Of a stretch of 64,000 nt of DNA, positions 1-13,003 are shown one piece after another. The stretch is from Podarcis filfolensis (lineage: Eukaryota): assembly GCA_964270895.1 (NCBI GenBank), contig OZ185437.1, one strand, 5' to 3'. The notes beneath the pieces are model-generated. The model searched no databases. It was not told the origin of the DNA and saw only the letters and a list, made by a program, of their open reading frames with translations. Both the position numbers and the translations under genes were made by a program. Each line of letters opens with the position of its first letter. Within the stretch, counting starts at the first letter, position 1.

Positions 1-1003
1 TATTGTGGCGATTAAATGAGGAAAGGGAGAGTCATGTGCATCATCACGTGCCCCTGGATTAATATATGTATAATCCATTACTTGCAGGGTTCAGTAGATT
101 GAATATCTTCCTTAATCCAGTCACACAGATAAAGGCCTGGGTGAGTTTTTTTAAAAAAGGAAAAGATTCAAAGCACAATGGAAAAAGAATTGGTAGCTCA
201 ACGATGCTAATTTGATAATGCATGAACATGCAAAATGACCAGCATCTTTATAATGATGTGAACAACTGGGCATCCTCTCAAAAAGATAATGGAACAAGCT
301 TTAGACCAACTCATACGAGATGATCAGATGATTGTGGGGGTGAGCAGGAAGAACTGAGAGGCAGGAGATGGGAAGAGAGAGAACTGAAGCATCCCGCAGA
401 GATCTGATAATTTTAGTACCCAATTTCACTCTGGGAGGCAAAATTACTGAACATATAAACTGATGCAGAGGATAGGCCTCTTCATTCAGTATACCAAAAG
501 CCAATTTTTAGCACAACACCACTGCATCAAAGCAAACAGCAAGATCACAATCATAAAATTATAATAAGAGTGGAATTGATTTTGTGTCACTCTTCCCCTA
601 TGGTTTCATTATGGCCTTTGACGAAAGAATGGATTAATTTAGTGCCATTTCCTTTTTAGCAGCTGAGATGTTTCTTTCTCCTCCTCTTTTTGTCAAGAGA
701 ATTAACTGTCAAGGGTGGACAATTTTTTGTTCTTCTCATGTATACCTCAAGCACTGCCAAAGCTATGGAATTTACTTTCGGTGTGCAAGGCCCTCAATCT
801 GTGTTTTTCTTGCTGTTCAGTCAGAATGTGCTGTAAAAATGGCCAAAAGCAGAAGCCATATAGCTATATGGACCATAATATGGCTATGTTGACCAGAGAA
901 TAGTTGAGATCTCAGCAGCAGCCACTGATGGCTTTTCTCTATAGCACGCAACACACTTGTCCAATAGCTGGAATTCAACAGGCTTAAACTTTATAAATGG
1001 GAA

Positions 1004-1468
1004 ATGGTCCATATTGTTAAAGCTATGGTTTTCCCAGTAGTGATGTATGGAAGTGAGAGCTGGACCATAAAGAAGGCTGATCACCAAAGAATTGATGCTT
1101 TTGAAATATGGTCCTGGAGGAGACTCTTAAGAGTCCCATGGACTGCAAGAAGATCAAACCTATCCATTCTTAAGGAAATCAGCCCTGATTGCTCACTGGA
1201 AGGACAGATCGTGAAGCTGAGGCTCCAATACTTTGGCCACCACATGAGAAGAGAAGACTCCCTGGAAAAGACCCTGATGTTGGGAAAGACTGAGGGCACA
1301 AGGAGAAGGGGACGACAGAGGATGAGATGGTTGGACAGTGTTCTCAAAGCTACCAGCATGAGTTTGACCAAACTGCGGGAGGCAGTGGAAGACAGGAGTG
1401 CCTGGCGTGCTCTGGTCCATGGGGTCACAAAGAGTCGGACACGATTAATGACTAAACAACAACAACAA
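1004..1468 (+). mobile_element. 5'-truncated Bov-B (RTE clade) LINE, 3' end of ORF with (CAA)n tail
   Basis: The open frame reads KAMVFPVVMYGSESWTIKKADHQRIDAFEIWSWRRLLRVPWTARRSN...RRRGRQRMRWLD...LVHGVTKSRTRL, the typical Bov-B C-terminus. It is followed by AAACAACAACAACAA. Confidence 0.93.
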
Positions 1469-4196
1469 TTAAGATCCATGTGGAGGGATGATTAGAACAT
1501 TTCCTGTTTGGTTTCCCAGGGATGCTTGCATGGACAGTCAGCTGAGACACCCCAACAACACAACCCAGTTCATTCTTAAGATATTTCTGATAAATCAAAC
1601 TAATTTCCTATGTTGGGAGAGGTACACATGAGGTATACTATCCTATTGGAGCAGCTTGCAACACCTGCTTGCAATTCCTTCACAGGTTGCCACAGACAAC
1701 AGGACCACTTGTAGGATGCTCAGCCTCCTGGGAGTCATGTTATTCCCCATCCCAGTAGAGAGGTCCTATTCCTCACACTGCCAATGTTTTTTCCATATGC
1801 ATACTGGCCCTTCTTCAAAAAGGCATGGCAAATGGACAAAACAAGTAACTACAAGCCAAAATAAACAAACAAAGCAAAAGAAGCTGAAATCAAGAAATTA
1901 TCACATCACAATTAAAGCAGGCAAGCACTACAGGCTGGGAGGGAAACAAACAATAGAAGAAGCTTCCCTGGTGAACATCCCCCAGGTGCCTGCATGGTGA
2001 TGGAACACTGCTTAACCTGCATCAGGTTGATCAATTGAGGAGGGAGCATCCTTTTGGTCCTAGAGACCACTTGCAAATGCTGGAAAGGGATGGAGTAATC
2101 AGATGCCCCTCAGCTCACCTTTGGACAACCAGGCAAGAAAGGGCATGGAACAGTTAACTTACTGATTTGATGCCTGCAACCAGGATGTCACTCACATGGG
2201 AGGCTGGGGAGAATTTCCAGTTAGCCTCCCCAAGGATGGATTGAGCCACATGGATTGAGTCTGCTATAGATCCTTGTTAGCCATAGTTAACTTAAGATGT
2301 GGTTATTTGCCGAAATCCCAATCTCCTGTTTTCTTTCTTTGGTTGTGGGGATAGGGAAGAGGTTTGGGAAGGGGTTATCACTGTGACAAGCCCTGCCTCT
2401 GACTAATGCACATTCAACAGACTGTGTGAACAAAGAACCCCCCTACAAACTGCACACAATTGGAATTCCTGCAAAAAAAAACCTGAGTTCCCAAGTGTAT
2501 AGACAAGCCTATGCGCTTAGAGTTTGTATTCACGTAGGGTCTGTTCATACAGCTTGCACAATATGTATAAGTCAAGGGAAGGGTTGCAGTCCTGCTTCTA
2601 CTACTCATTTCACATTCACCTGCCATGAATTGGTTACCTGAAAAAGGCCATAGATATGGATCTCTGAAATAAAAACCTCAATGGCCTTTTATAAACTGTT
2701 GGAGTCACCCAGTCCTCTGAGTCTAGGACTTAGACACACATTTTTTTCCTGGATTCTAATATCCTTCTGATTTATTCAGCAATTGGGGTTGTTTTATTTC
2801 TCTCCTCTCTCATTTACTGGTAGGAAGTTATCCTGCTGTTATCAAATTGCAAATAAAGCCAGGATATTGGATAACACTCTGCAGAATCCATCAGACGTTA
2901 CAATTCCAGAACAATGATTACAAATGCATCAAACAGACCCCAGGAGCAAAATTGGTTGTGCGCTATAGTACCATACATTTTGGACGCATTTAGAAGAACA
3001 CAGTCTGAAGGGAATTGAGACACGGCACAACCTTATCCAGCCGTTCGCAAGCCCAGAGATCACAAAAAATTATTCACTCCTTACATCTTTCACCATGGCA
3101 GGTGTTTGTAAGGCTGAATCCCTTTGCTACCCTTCTGCCTTTCTTATTTCTGGGGCCAGATGGATACCTAGTAAGACGGGGGGAATCCTCCTCCTATCAC
3201 TTCCTCCAATTTTTTTGGTGTTGCTTCTTCAAACCTTGGGGTTGGGGCAGAGGAAATCTAAGGCTGATGAAGCTGAGCTGCCCTGGCAATAATCAGGGCA
3301 TGAGGGAGAGCAAGGGAAGAGGCTTGCTACTCCATAATCAACTGCTTCAGTTCATCACGCAAAGAGCTTGCCTGCTCTGCAAGGACTCAGGCTAAAATAT
3401 AAGGGACTGGTAATAGTGGCAATCAAATGGAGGCATGATTACACATAGAACACAAGGTCACCCTAAATGTACACCAACTGAAGTGTTGGCTATTGGGGGA
3501 GAAGGGAAATTCCTGTCCAACATTCCACATTCCGCGTCCTGAATATAGAAAAATACATTACTAGCTCCTGAGCACAGAAAAGAGTTAAGCCATTCTTACA
3601 TGCCAACTCTTGCACAAAACTTAACACAAGACATTCCTCTTCCCTGATAAATGAATCTTTTAGGCTGGCAACTAGATCACTTTGTTAGAAAGTGTTACAA
3701 TCTCTGTTTTCTAAACAAGCAATTGCAATCCTCTGGATAGCATAAACTTCCCCAAAACCCATAGCGGTGTGGCAAAATACCAAGAGTGCTCACTGCTTCT
3801 GCCCATGACTTGCATGGGTGAATGGACCATCAATCAATTAATAACCACTGAAATAATGTTTCTGTCACCCATGACACATTAAGTTCCATCACATCAAATG
3901 CTGACTAATCAAGTGATGAAAAAACAAATGATGAACATGGCTGTGTGAACCTGAGAAAAGACTTAATGGAAAGAAGAGTGTTTCTGGAGGGGGCAGACTA
4001 AAAGCCCCTTCTGGCATCACCCCACAAGAAGCTTGAGAGCTGCTGTTTCATGAATCACTTGCAGTAGCTAATGACAGGAGCAAAAAGCCACATGGGGAAA
4101 ATCATTTCAATGCAAGTTCTGCATTTCCTGAAAACAATGGCCAAGTTGGCTTGGGAAAGAGATGTGGTGGTAGATCCCGTGTCACTCAGCAACTCG

Positions 4197-4260
4197 AGCG
4201 GCCCACCTATGAGACAAGGTGAGGTGACAGGATCCACAGGGGAAGCAAGTCCAGTCCGTT
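4197..4260 (+). repeat. Fragment of a dispersed unclassified repeat, probably a non-autonomous DNA element
   Basis: GGCCCACCTATGAGACAAGGTGAGG...GGATCCACAGGG recurs at about 23788, and a related inverted copy lies at about 25530-25580. Confidence 0.5.
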
Positions 4261-4804
4261 GCTGTTGCTGCTGCTGCTACCCCCATAGTGGCAGTGAGGC
4301 TGTGGCATGCTTCTTTGAGGCTGGATCAGCCTCTTCCTTGGCAAACCCCCATACCGCCTCTACAGCAGCCTCTTGGTGAATAGCAGACACTGCTATTCCC
4401 ACCTTTGTTTCCAATGTACATCTTCCTCTCTTGGGAAGATCTTCACTCATTTCCTTCTTCCCTGATGGAGGCAGGGGAACACCATTTTGTGATTCATCTA
4501 AGGTGTCAAAATGTATTGGGCTGGCCCTGCACAGCAAACATGCTAAAGGGCTTTTTGTTTGTGTTGCTGCTGGGATACTGAGTACATGAGGGCCAAGTGT
4601 ACAAACTAAAGCAATATCGTATCCCTCAGATAAGGATGTCAATGTTGTTTTTTCTTGATTTCTCATTTTCCAATCTTAACTTCAATTCTCCACACTCCTA
4701 CATCAGTTTGGGGGGGGGGGAAGCATTCACAAAAATAGTATTTTAGTATGCATTTCTCCTAATATATGAAAAGTGGCTAATATATTTATTTTTACAAACA
4801 ATTT

Positions 4805-5041
4805 TCATGTGGCCAGCATGACTAAGCCGCTTCCGGCAAACCAGAGCAGCGCACGGAAACGCCGTTTACCTTCCTGCTGGAGTGGTACCTATTTATCTAC
4901 TTGCACTTTGAGGTGCTTTGGAACTGCTAGGTTGGCAGGAGCAGGGACCGAGCAATGGGAGCTCACCCCGTTGCGGGGATTCGAACCGCCGACCTTCTGA
5001 TCAGCAAATCCTAGGCTCTGTGGTTTAACCCACAGCACCAC
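4805..5041 (-). mobile_element. Sauria SINE, head and body present, 3' tail missing
   Basis: The minus strand has a tRNA-like head with a B-box (GGTTCGAATCC). The body matches the copies at 47296 and 50401. Confidence 0.88.
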
Positions 5042-5790
5042 ATGAATTAGATTAGGTCTGACCAAACTGAAATTCTCCCCACACCTGTGCTCAGATAAAG
5101 GGGTTGGATCAGGAACTCCAGCAGCGCTGAAGCCGGGTTCATGTGCATTGACCTCCGGGAAGCCTAAGCATTTTACATTATCATGTTGTAATGTGACTAC
5201 AATATGTTAACTATCACCATTTTATTATTTTATAATGGTGAAAGTAACAAAAGAAATGCACTAGACAACTGACTGCTTTAGTAACTATGTCCACATGGCT
5301 GAACTCTATAAGCTAAGTTACATCAAGCTGAAAAAGCTTATTAGGAAAAGCACAAAATGTTCTTATACAAGCCAAAGTTCCATTGTCAAGAAATCTCTCA
5401 AATGCAAAATATAAAAAATCAGAGATAACAAACTTTCTAGAACAGTGCCAGGACTCTGAAGAATTGATAACGACATCCAACATTTGCATTCCTTCCGGAT
5501 AAATACAAAATATTCTGATATGCCCACAAGGAATGTATTAGGCTCTCATCTTTTGCAAGCTCGTCGCAGTTCAGGGCAGAACACTCTATGGGGGAGTAGC
5601 TTTTTCATTACCATGTACTTCTATTTTATAGTGTGTGTGAAGCAGAACAGTGAAACCTGCTCTGTGAATTAATACTTTAACCCACACACTTCAAGTTTCC
5701 CTCCATTTGCCTTGCTATGAAACTTTAAGGACCAGAGGCTAGTTTTAGTTTAAAACAAAACAAAACAAAACACCTCAAGTGATTACAGTA

Positions 5791-5946
5791 CAGTGGTACC
5801 TCGGGTTACATACGCTTCAGGTTACAGACTCTGCTAACCCAGAAGTATTACCTTGGGTTAAGAACTTTGCTTCAGGATGAGAACAGAAATCGTGCTCTAG
5901 CGGCGCGGCGGCAGCAGGAGGCCCCATTAGCTAAAGTGGTGCTTCA
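5791..5946 (+). mobile_element. Partial Tc1/mariner (pogo/Tigger-like) MITE, left part only
   Basis: It starts TA|CAGTGGTACCTCGGGTTA and aligns with the complete copy at 53561..53805. No right TIR is visible. Confidence 0.85.
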
Positions 5947-6401
5947 ATGGGCTGTGCTACAGAGTTCTCAACAGGGAGTTCCTCATAGGGAAATCTGTAG
6001 CACAGCCAATCCCTGCCCAAAACAGCTTTGGTACAAACACCAATCTGCTAACTGGTGTTTACAACAAGCCCACTGGGATCAGCGCTTACAGCAAGTCCCG
6101 AAATGGGCTTGAAGTAAGCACAAATACTCCTTTGCACCAGTGGGCAATGCAAAGGATCTTCCTCTGCAGGTTGGGCTTGAGCTGCACCCACAATGGAAAA
6201 AATAATAATACTTTAGTCACCTGATGTTATTGTGACAGATGGGTGGCCTTGCCCACTAGCCAAAATGACCTTCAAGACTGGGGAGTATTCAGGAGCTGGC
6301 CCACTGGCTGGAAAAGATTCCCCTCTCCTGGTATAGATGATACTGAACTATGTGACTCAGTGGCCTGACTGAGTAAGGCAGCTTCTTCTGTGGGGCATTG
6401 T

Positions 6402-6585
6402 CCAACCCCTCAGAGTGTCCCTATTTTCCAGGGACAGTCCCAGATTTACAGAAGCCATCCCGGTTTCTGATTTGAACCTGGAATGTCTCACTTTTGCTAA
6501 GGACCTCCTTGTTTTCATTGGAGAAATGTTGGAGGGTATGGAGTAGGATGTCCCCATTTTCATTGGAGAAATGTTGAAGGGTATG
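6402..6585. mobile_element. Non-autonomous DNA element (hAT-like) with a duplicated terminal 29-mer
   Basis: TTTTCATTGGAGAAATGTTG(G/A)AGGGTATG occurs at 6512..6540 and 6557..6585. The left end is degenerate and no TSD is recognisable. Confidence 0.55.
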
Positions 6586-8029
6586 CAAGTCTGCTCACCC
6601 TTCTTGGTGGTGGGTGTTGCAGCCAAGCCCCAGACTTCACCAGTGATCCGGCAAATAGCAGGCCAGATTGCCTGGCTGCTGGCTATTGGCCAATGCCAGC
6701 AGCCCTTCAAATTCATATTCTGACTGCTGCTTTTGCTCAACCCAAAAGAAAATAAGCCAATTTAAAAAGCTGGAAAAGGGAGAACCTACTTTGTTTATAT
6801 ATTTATTAGCGGTAAACAGTATCTCTTGGTGAGAACAATAATTTTATTGATGGAACGAATTGGATGATTTTACTTAACCAAAAGAAAAGCATAAATAAGC
6901 TTTTAAAAACATATATTGTTCAATAACCCGCAGTGTGATTTTAGTATCTCTTCAGGTATATATTATCTCCATCCTGACAGGGTTTTCTTTAACAGCACAG
7001 ATGAGAATGGCATGGGGCATGGGAAATGAAAAGTAACCTTAGTGAAGTGAAATTAGCCTGGGTTAAATAAGTAATAATTGCAAATACATATGTGCTCATC
7101 TGAATGTGTAATAAATGTATTCAGCAGAAATAGAAGAGGAACAAAGCAGATCATATTTCAAGGGAGAGAGAATTAGAGAATAAAGAAGAGGACAGCTGGG
7201 GAGCAATACAATGATTTTTTTATTTTTTATTTTACTACAGGACAAAGCCTTCAGGCAGTATATCAATGAAGGCAGCAGTTAGGGTTTTACAGAATGGAAA
7301 TAAAATCTGTAAAATATATTCAACATTGCTCAGATATATTTTCAAGAAGACTATTAACGGCATGCCTTCTAGCAGGAGCCACACAGCCATGATTTAGGCA
7401 ACTTTAGGACTGATGAGACAAGCCTGGAAGGCACAAGGGGGGAAAGACAGAAAGCAACTGACAGGTTGTATGTCTCAATGAGGAAATTCTTCAAAGCTCA
7501 TAGACATTTCACTGAGCTCAACATCTGAGAGCTTTTTTGCCACAGTAAATATAGTAGTACTGCCCTACATCACCACCAGAGGGTGGTTTCTGTGCCTACC
7601 ATCCCAACATAGATCAGGTGGCAAAAGAACCAGCATGGTCCCACCTCAGCATTAGAAGAATAGCTTGCTTGGCTCCATAATTCATTAGGGAGAGAGTTCA
7701 GGGTACAGCAAACTCCCATAGGTGACAGGTGGTTAGCAGCCATGCCAGTAGGCGGAACCTGAGGGTCTGGCCATGGGAGCATAAAAGAGTTCAATCCAGA
7801 CTCCTGAAAAACCTGCCTCCAACTGCCCATGATTTTTGTAAATCTGGACTGAGCCTGTTTGTATTTTGCCAGACCAGAATTCTCCTGATCCACCCAGTCC
7901 ACCCATGGATTCAGCGGCACCAGGGCTGGAAGGGAGTATGTGTGCATGAGGCTGATACCATAAGGACACCATAATCCACACCTAGCAACATGACCTCTGG
8001 AGATTTTAGAGGCAGGTTCCACCAGGAAC

Positions 8030-8245
8030 TATATGGAGAAGGAGCACAGCAGACATGGATGTGAAGAGAGCAAGGAGAGAATGAAGAGGACTTTACTAAG
8101 GAGGAGGAAAGAGGTGTAGACAGAGGGAAAAGGAGGAGGTTGCCCTAGCAAGGGCAGATGAACTGGGAGGGAAAGAGAACCAAGGAAGAAAGAAGGAAGG
8201 GTCAGGCAAGACAAGAGAAAAGGGCAGGAGGAAGGATATAACATA
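8030..8245 (+). repeat. Purine-rich (GA-rich) low-complexity tract
   Basis: The plus strand is strongly A/G-biased over about 200 bp. Confidence 0.6.
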
Positions 8246-8388
8246 AGGAAACCATATTTATGTACATAGAAAGAGATTGTATAATGAAAGGGCGCAGAAA
8301 TTTTTGAGCCAAGGTCCCTGTCTCGGTGTCTCTGAATGTAAGAGACGACTTGGAATCCTGAGGATCCTTAGGACCTAAGTCATACTCA

Positions 8389-8460
8389 GAGCAGACCCAT
8401 GTAAATTAATGAACCTCAGTTAGACATGCCTATTAATTTCAGCGGGTCTACTCTGACTAA
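8389..8460. repeat. Short palindromic (fold-back) dispersed repeat
   Basis: ACTCAGAGCAGACCCATGTAAATTAAT ... ATTAATTTCAGCGGGTCTACTCTGACT forms an imperfect inverted repeat. Confidence 0.5.
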
Positions 8461-9835
8461 AACCTAGTTGGATACAACCCATAGGCAGGACAACTATAAT
8501 GCTTTTGCAGGCAAAGACCCCCTTCTGAGATATCTGAGGGCAGGTTTTAGCACAACACTAGATGATATGGCATGGCTCTGGCAGCTGCACATGTTGAAGC
8601 TGTAAAGTAATGATTGGAGCAACTACAGGAATAGTATGATGTGTGAATGCCCCCTTCAGGGCACAACAAGCCAGCATGTAAGTGCTTCAGAAGGGGAGTA
8701 CTAGCACAATGGCACGAAACAGAGCAGCATTCCAAAATGCAAGCCACAAAAATCTTTCCCCTTTGTTCAACTGGGGCTACTCTCCTTCCTCCACTGTTTA
8801 ATGTTTATCTGCTGTCAGCTTCTGCTCACTCAGTTGTTTCATTTGTCAGTATGCCGAATAAAAATGCTACTACTATATATTTATCTAAGGCAGACCAGCT
8901 TCATTAATATGAGAGCATTATGAATTTTCTGAACAAAAAGTGTTGACACATATTTGAAGGATGCCAGCACAAAGGAACCAACCTGAGTACAATTATATCT
9001 GAAGAGATTCATATAGCCTTATGACTCTTCCCACTTGCAGAAGTTATGGTGCAAGACAGTCTCTCATAGCAACTGAGCACCCATCCCTGTGAAAATCGAA
9101 TCCTCCCATTTGTCACCTAACTAGAAATGATAAGAAGCAATTCCCTAAGCAACAGAAGAGTTGAAGACCACCTGGAGTTGCTACTGAATCTGACAGCAGG
9201 ACAAAGCTTCCAGGAAAATAGTCAAAAATAAAATGAAAGGCAATGTACCTCTCAGAGTGAAAGTGAAGAACATTACCTACAAACTCGAAATATTAAATGT
9301 CTGGAGATAGATGAGAGAAGTAAGATTGCTTCTACAACACCTACTACAGCTAGGTGTTACACATGAGTACAATAAAGACTAGCCTTGCCACTAGTTTACA
9401 AACAAAAGTCTAAAACAGACACAGTGTTAAGCTTGCTTAAGCCCACTGAAATCAACAGATGTAAGTGTGCCTAACTTTGTGTTGGAATTAGGCCTCAGTC
9501 ATGGGATGCAAGTAGGGATGCTTGCCAAATTAGCTTTCCATATTCCAGTATTAATTGACCTAATCCCCACCTTCCTTGGAACTAATGGGGAGGAATCACC
9601 CCACACAAGGGATCCACACAGAGGAAGAACAAGATAATCCACCCCTCCATCTCTTGCCCCAGGTAGTGCAAGTCAGTAGGACTTCATAAGTCATGGATGA
9701 TCCTCCACTAGTCTTCTACTTTGGATGGCACTGTCGAACAACAGATCTATAAATTAAAGTTTTTAAAGAACTACAGATCAACAAAATTTAAAGGGTCTAG
9801 GAAATATAAAATATTCACCTGGTACTGTACAGATA

Positions 9836-10049
9836 TTAAACTGCGTGCCAGGTGAGCCCCTTGGAAGACGATTCCAAACCTAGGGTACCACAGTTAAAAA
9901 GGTCTCCTCTAGGATGAAACCAGAGAGGGGTGTCTGATGAGGATCTCAAAGTAAAGACAGGCACATATGGGGACAGGTGATCTAAGTCCCCTTGCCCCAA
10001 ACCATGAAGGGCTTTAAACATCAGGTCCAGCCCTTGGAAATGAACCCAG
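9836..10049 (-). mobile_element. Decayed L2-type LINE fragment (ORF2 C-terminal region)
   Basis: The minus-strand translation FKALHGLGQGDLDHLSPYVPVFTLRSS resembles FKALNGLGPVYLKERLHPHHSARTLRSS in the 48-kb element. Confidence 0.7.
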
Positions 10050-12878
10050 GTATGTTCTGAATTACATGCTTAAGTGCAAATTTCCATGCAGGAAAAAGCC
10101 TGCTGGTTAGTATGGAACTGGGATGGAACTCACACATGTGAATGTGCCACAGGCTGATTCACCCATTGCTAGACACAAGAGGGAAGGAGAAGAAGAAGAG
10201 ATGCAGAGAAGAAAAGAAAATGAAAATCCACTTGGAAGCTACAAGAAAGAAGTGGGTACTATGAAAGCATGCCCCCTCATGGGCTCACCTCTTTTATAAA
10301 CCAATATTTATGCATTTGGAATAACTTGTCTGAAAACTCATAACCATTATTTAAAACATTCTTGATTATGTTTATCCTTAAAAATATGAACTGAATTGTT
10401 CTGAGGTTTCCTCCCACTCTGAGAAATATGAGTTTTTAAAAAACTTATTGAAGTTTATTGTGCTTATGATTAATGTTTGTTATTGTTCACATTCATTGTC
10501 GTTGCTGTTAATCCATGCACTGCTTTTTTATTCAATGAGAGCTTGTTGATGTCATCGTAGCTTTCCCCTGTGTGTTTGGGTGGTTGTTTTTTCCTCCCTC
10601 CCTCCTGCCACTCATTCTGCCAGTCTGTTATTTTCTACAGTACAGGTACTGTCTCAACATGAGGTTGGCTTCAATAATAGAAAGCCAGGAAATAAGTACT
10701 GTATATGTGATCTTTAGAGGTCTTCAGAGGTGTAATGAAACACTGCAGATTTTGAACATTTTAAAAACAGGACGCTTTGGGTACATTGGTCCAACTGAGG
10801 GCTATGATATTGTGAAGCTACTCTACACATTCACATACTGGATATTTTCTATTCGCACATTATATTTACAGTCAGCCATGCCAGCTAATTTGAGAGCTTC
10901 CCATATAACAACACTATTTGGTTCTCAACAATCCATGTCTAGGAATGTAAGCCGGCAGTGATTTCTGTCCCAGTCAGCACCTCTTGCAATCAGTCCTGCT
11001 TCTGTTCTGCTAAAATCTACATTGTTCCTCTTGTTACCTACTATGGTCAAAACTAACACAACAGATTATGTAATTAATTATATAATCAGCTTCAATGCAT
11101 TTCAATGGAAGGGAAACATCAAAAACAATATTTTAAAAATGTACGGTAATTATTTATGTATTATTCATGGAACTAATCACCAACAGCAATAATGACTACT
11201 GCTCATATTTACTTGTGTGATTTCCATTCCTGACCATGGGCAAGCCTGCAAATTGTAACAATTCCCTTTCCCATTTCCATTTTAACCAGAATGCTCTGAC
11301 ATCCATGGCTATGAAATTTATATCAGCTTTAGATTGGAACACCTCCTTTTAGCCTATACAATAAAACCATAGGACTGAAGGTGCCTCATTGAACATTTTG
11401 TGTTCTTTTCCTGGCCAGATTGAGAGTCTACATCCATTTAGCACCACTGTCTTTGCTCCCATTTCCTGCCACAGCCTCTCTTTACTCCGTATCATCACAA
11501 CAGTGCTCAAGGGAAAGCAAGAAAAATATGTAATTTTGAAGCCATTTCTTTGAGGTCATAATGACAGGCACCACAGGTGTTGCATCTACATTAGAGATAG
11601 GGTCACAGCCTTTTCATATGATACAGTTAATGAGAAGCTGCCACTACAACCACAAGATCCAGGTATATCAACTAATCAGGAATCACCACAAAATTGCCAA
11701 TGTGAGCAGTCAGAGGAGGTCAACCTTTCCATTTCTTGTAGAAGTGAAGTCCTTGATGGTGGAGTTTTCTTACTTTATAGTTTCACTGCATCAATTTTTC
11801 CATCAACCACAAATAACTCTGTTCCCAAGAATTACCAGCCATATCCCATGAGTCTTGTCTACCCAGTTTCAGTTGGCTATTCTTCATCCAGTTCCCAAAC
11901 ACAACCAGACACCATGTCTTTCTGCAACCTTACACTACACACATAGGCTCTGCATGCAGACATTAAGTGGAATGCTCCACCACCACACAACCATTGCAAA
12001 GTGTGGATATTACTATTGTATATGAATTGAGACTGCAAGGTGCAGGCTGGATGAAAATGATAAATGCAATTGGTTTAGGAGAAGTGGAGTGTAAAAGCTG
12101 CCATGTAAGAAGCAGTGACAAGCAATATCAGTCTGGTTTCTGAACCTTTTATTATGTCAGCCTCAACATTGTGTTGCAATGACGACTTTTCAAAGAATAA
12201 TAAGCTAGTGTGTCTTAGCAGATTTCTACCTACATACCCTTAAGGTGTCTCATTCTACTTGAAAACATATCTAGACTAGATTGGAATTTTTAAAAATATA
12301 CTGGAAACTATATTCTAGACGTAGCCCTGCTGTGCTCAAACATTAAAAAAATATTCTCAGTTGACCTCCACTTGCTTTCAAACAAGATTTTTTGTTTTGT
12401 TTTGTTTCTGTTTAATAAAGGCAGACTTTTATAGCTGACACCAGTCTTCCCTTCTTAGGTTTGGTTTTGATGACTGACCCAGCAATCCTAACCACACTTA
12501 CTAAGGAGGGGTCTTACAGCTGAATAAACATAGATATAATTACATTGTGAATAACTTTTCTGGTTTAAGACGAGTCTCTTTAAGGATTGCCTGTCTCCAC
12601 ATATGTGCACCCACAAGGTTAACATCTTCTGTAGGTATCCATAATGTGTTAGTTAAGGCAGGTGGCAACCAGGAAGAGGATCTCCTTAGCAGTGATGTGC
12701 CAATTATGAAATGATTTCTCAAGATCTACTTTGTTGCCCTTTCAGCACCAGGCAAAGGCCTTTCTGTTTCCCTTGGTCCTTCAGCCTGTTTTCATTTGGC
12801 TGTTAATATATTGCTTCCTTTTTAGTCTTCAGTTTTGAGTATTCTGGTTTGTTTCACCAATATGTTTTCTTATTTTCA

Positions 12879-13003
12879 AAGGAACGTAAGAGAAGCCTGC
12901 TGGAACAAGCCAATGGCCCATCTAGTCCAGTATCCTGATCTAGAGAGACCAATCAGCTGCCAATGGGAAGCACATGAATAGGACCTGAGCACAACAGCAC
13001 TCT
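12879..13003 (-). mobile_element. CR1-type LINE/SINE 3'-end fragment
   Basis: It shares sequence with 14060..14213 and with the inverted copy at 43627..43804 (GGCCCATCTAGTCCAG..., CTGAGCACAACAGCAC). Confidence 0.55.

Noticed and set aside
1081-1479. 132-aa minus-strand ORF
   Set aside because: It is the antisense shadow of the Bov-B frame.
2890-2990. Minus-strand peptide FCSWGLFDAFVIIVLEL, resembling a voltage-gated channel S3 helix
   Set aside because: It is immediately followed by a stop, no other channel exons are visible, and the similarity is too short.
7570-8022. 150-aa minus-strand ORF as a gag/env remnant
   Set aside because: It has no retroviral motifs and no flanking LTRs or PBS were identified.
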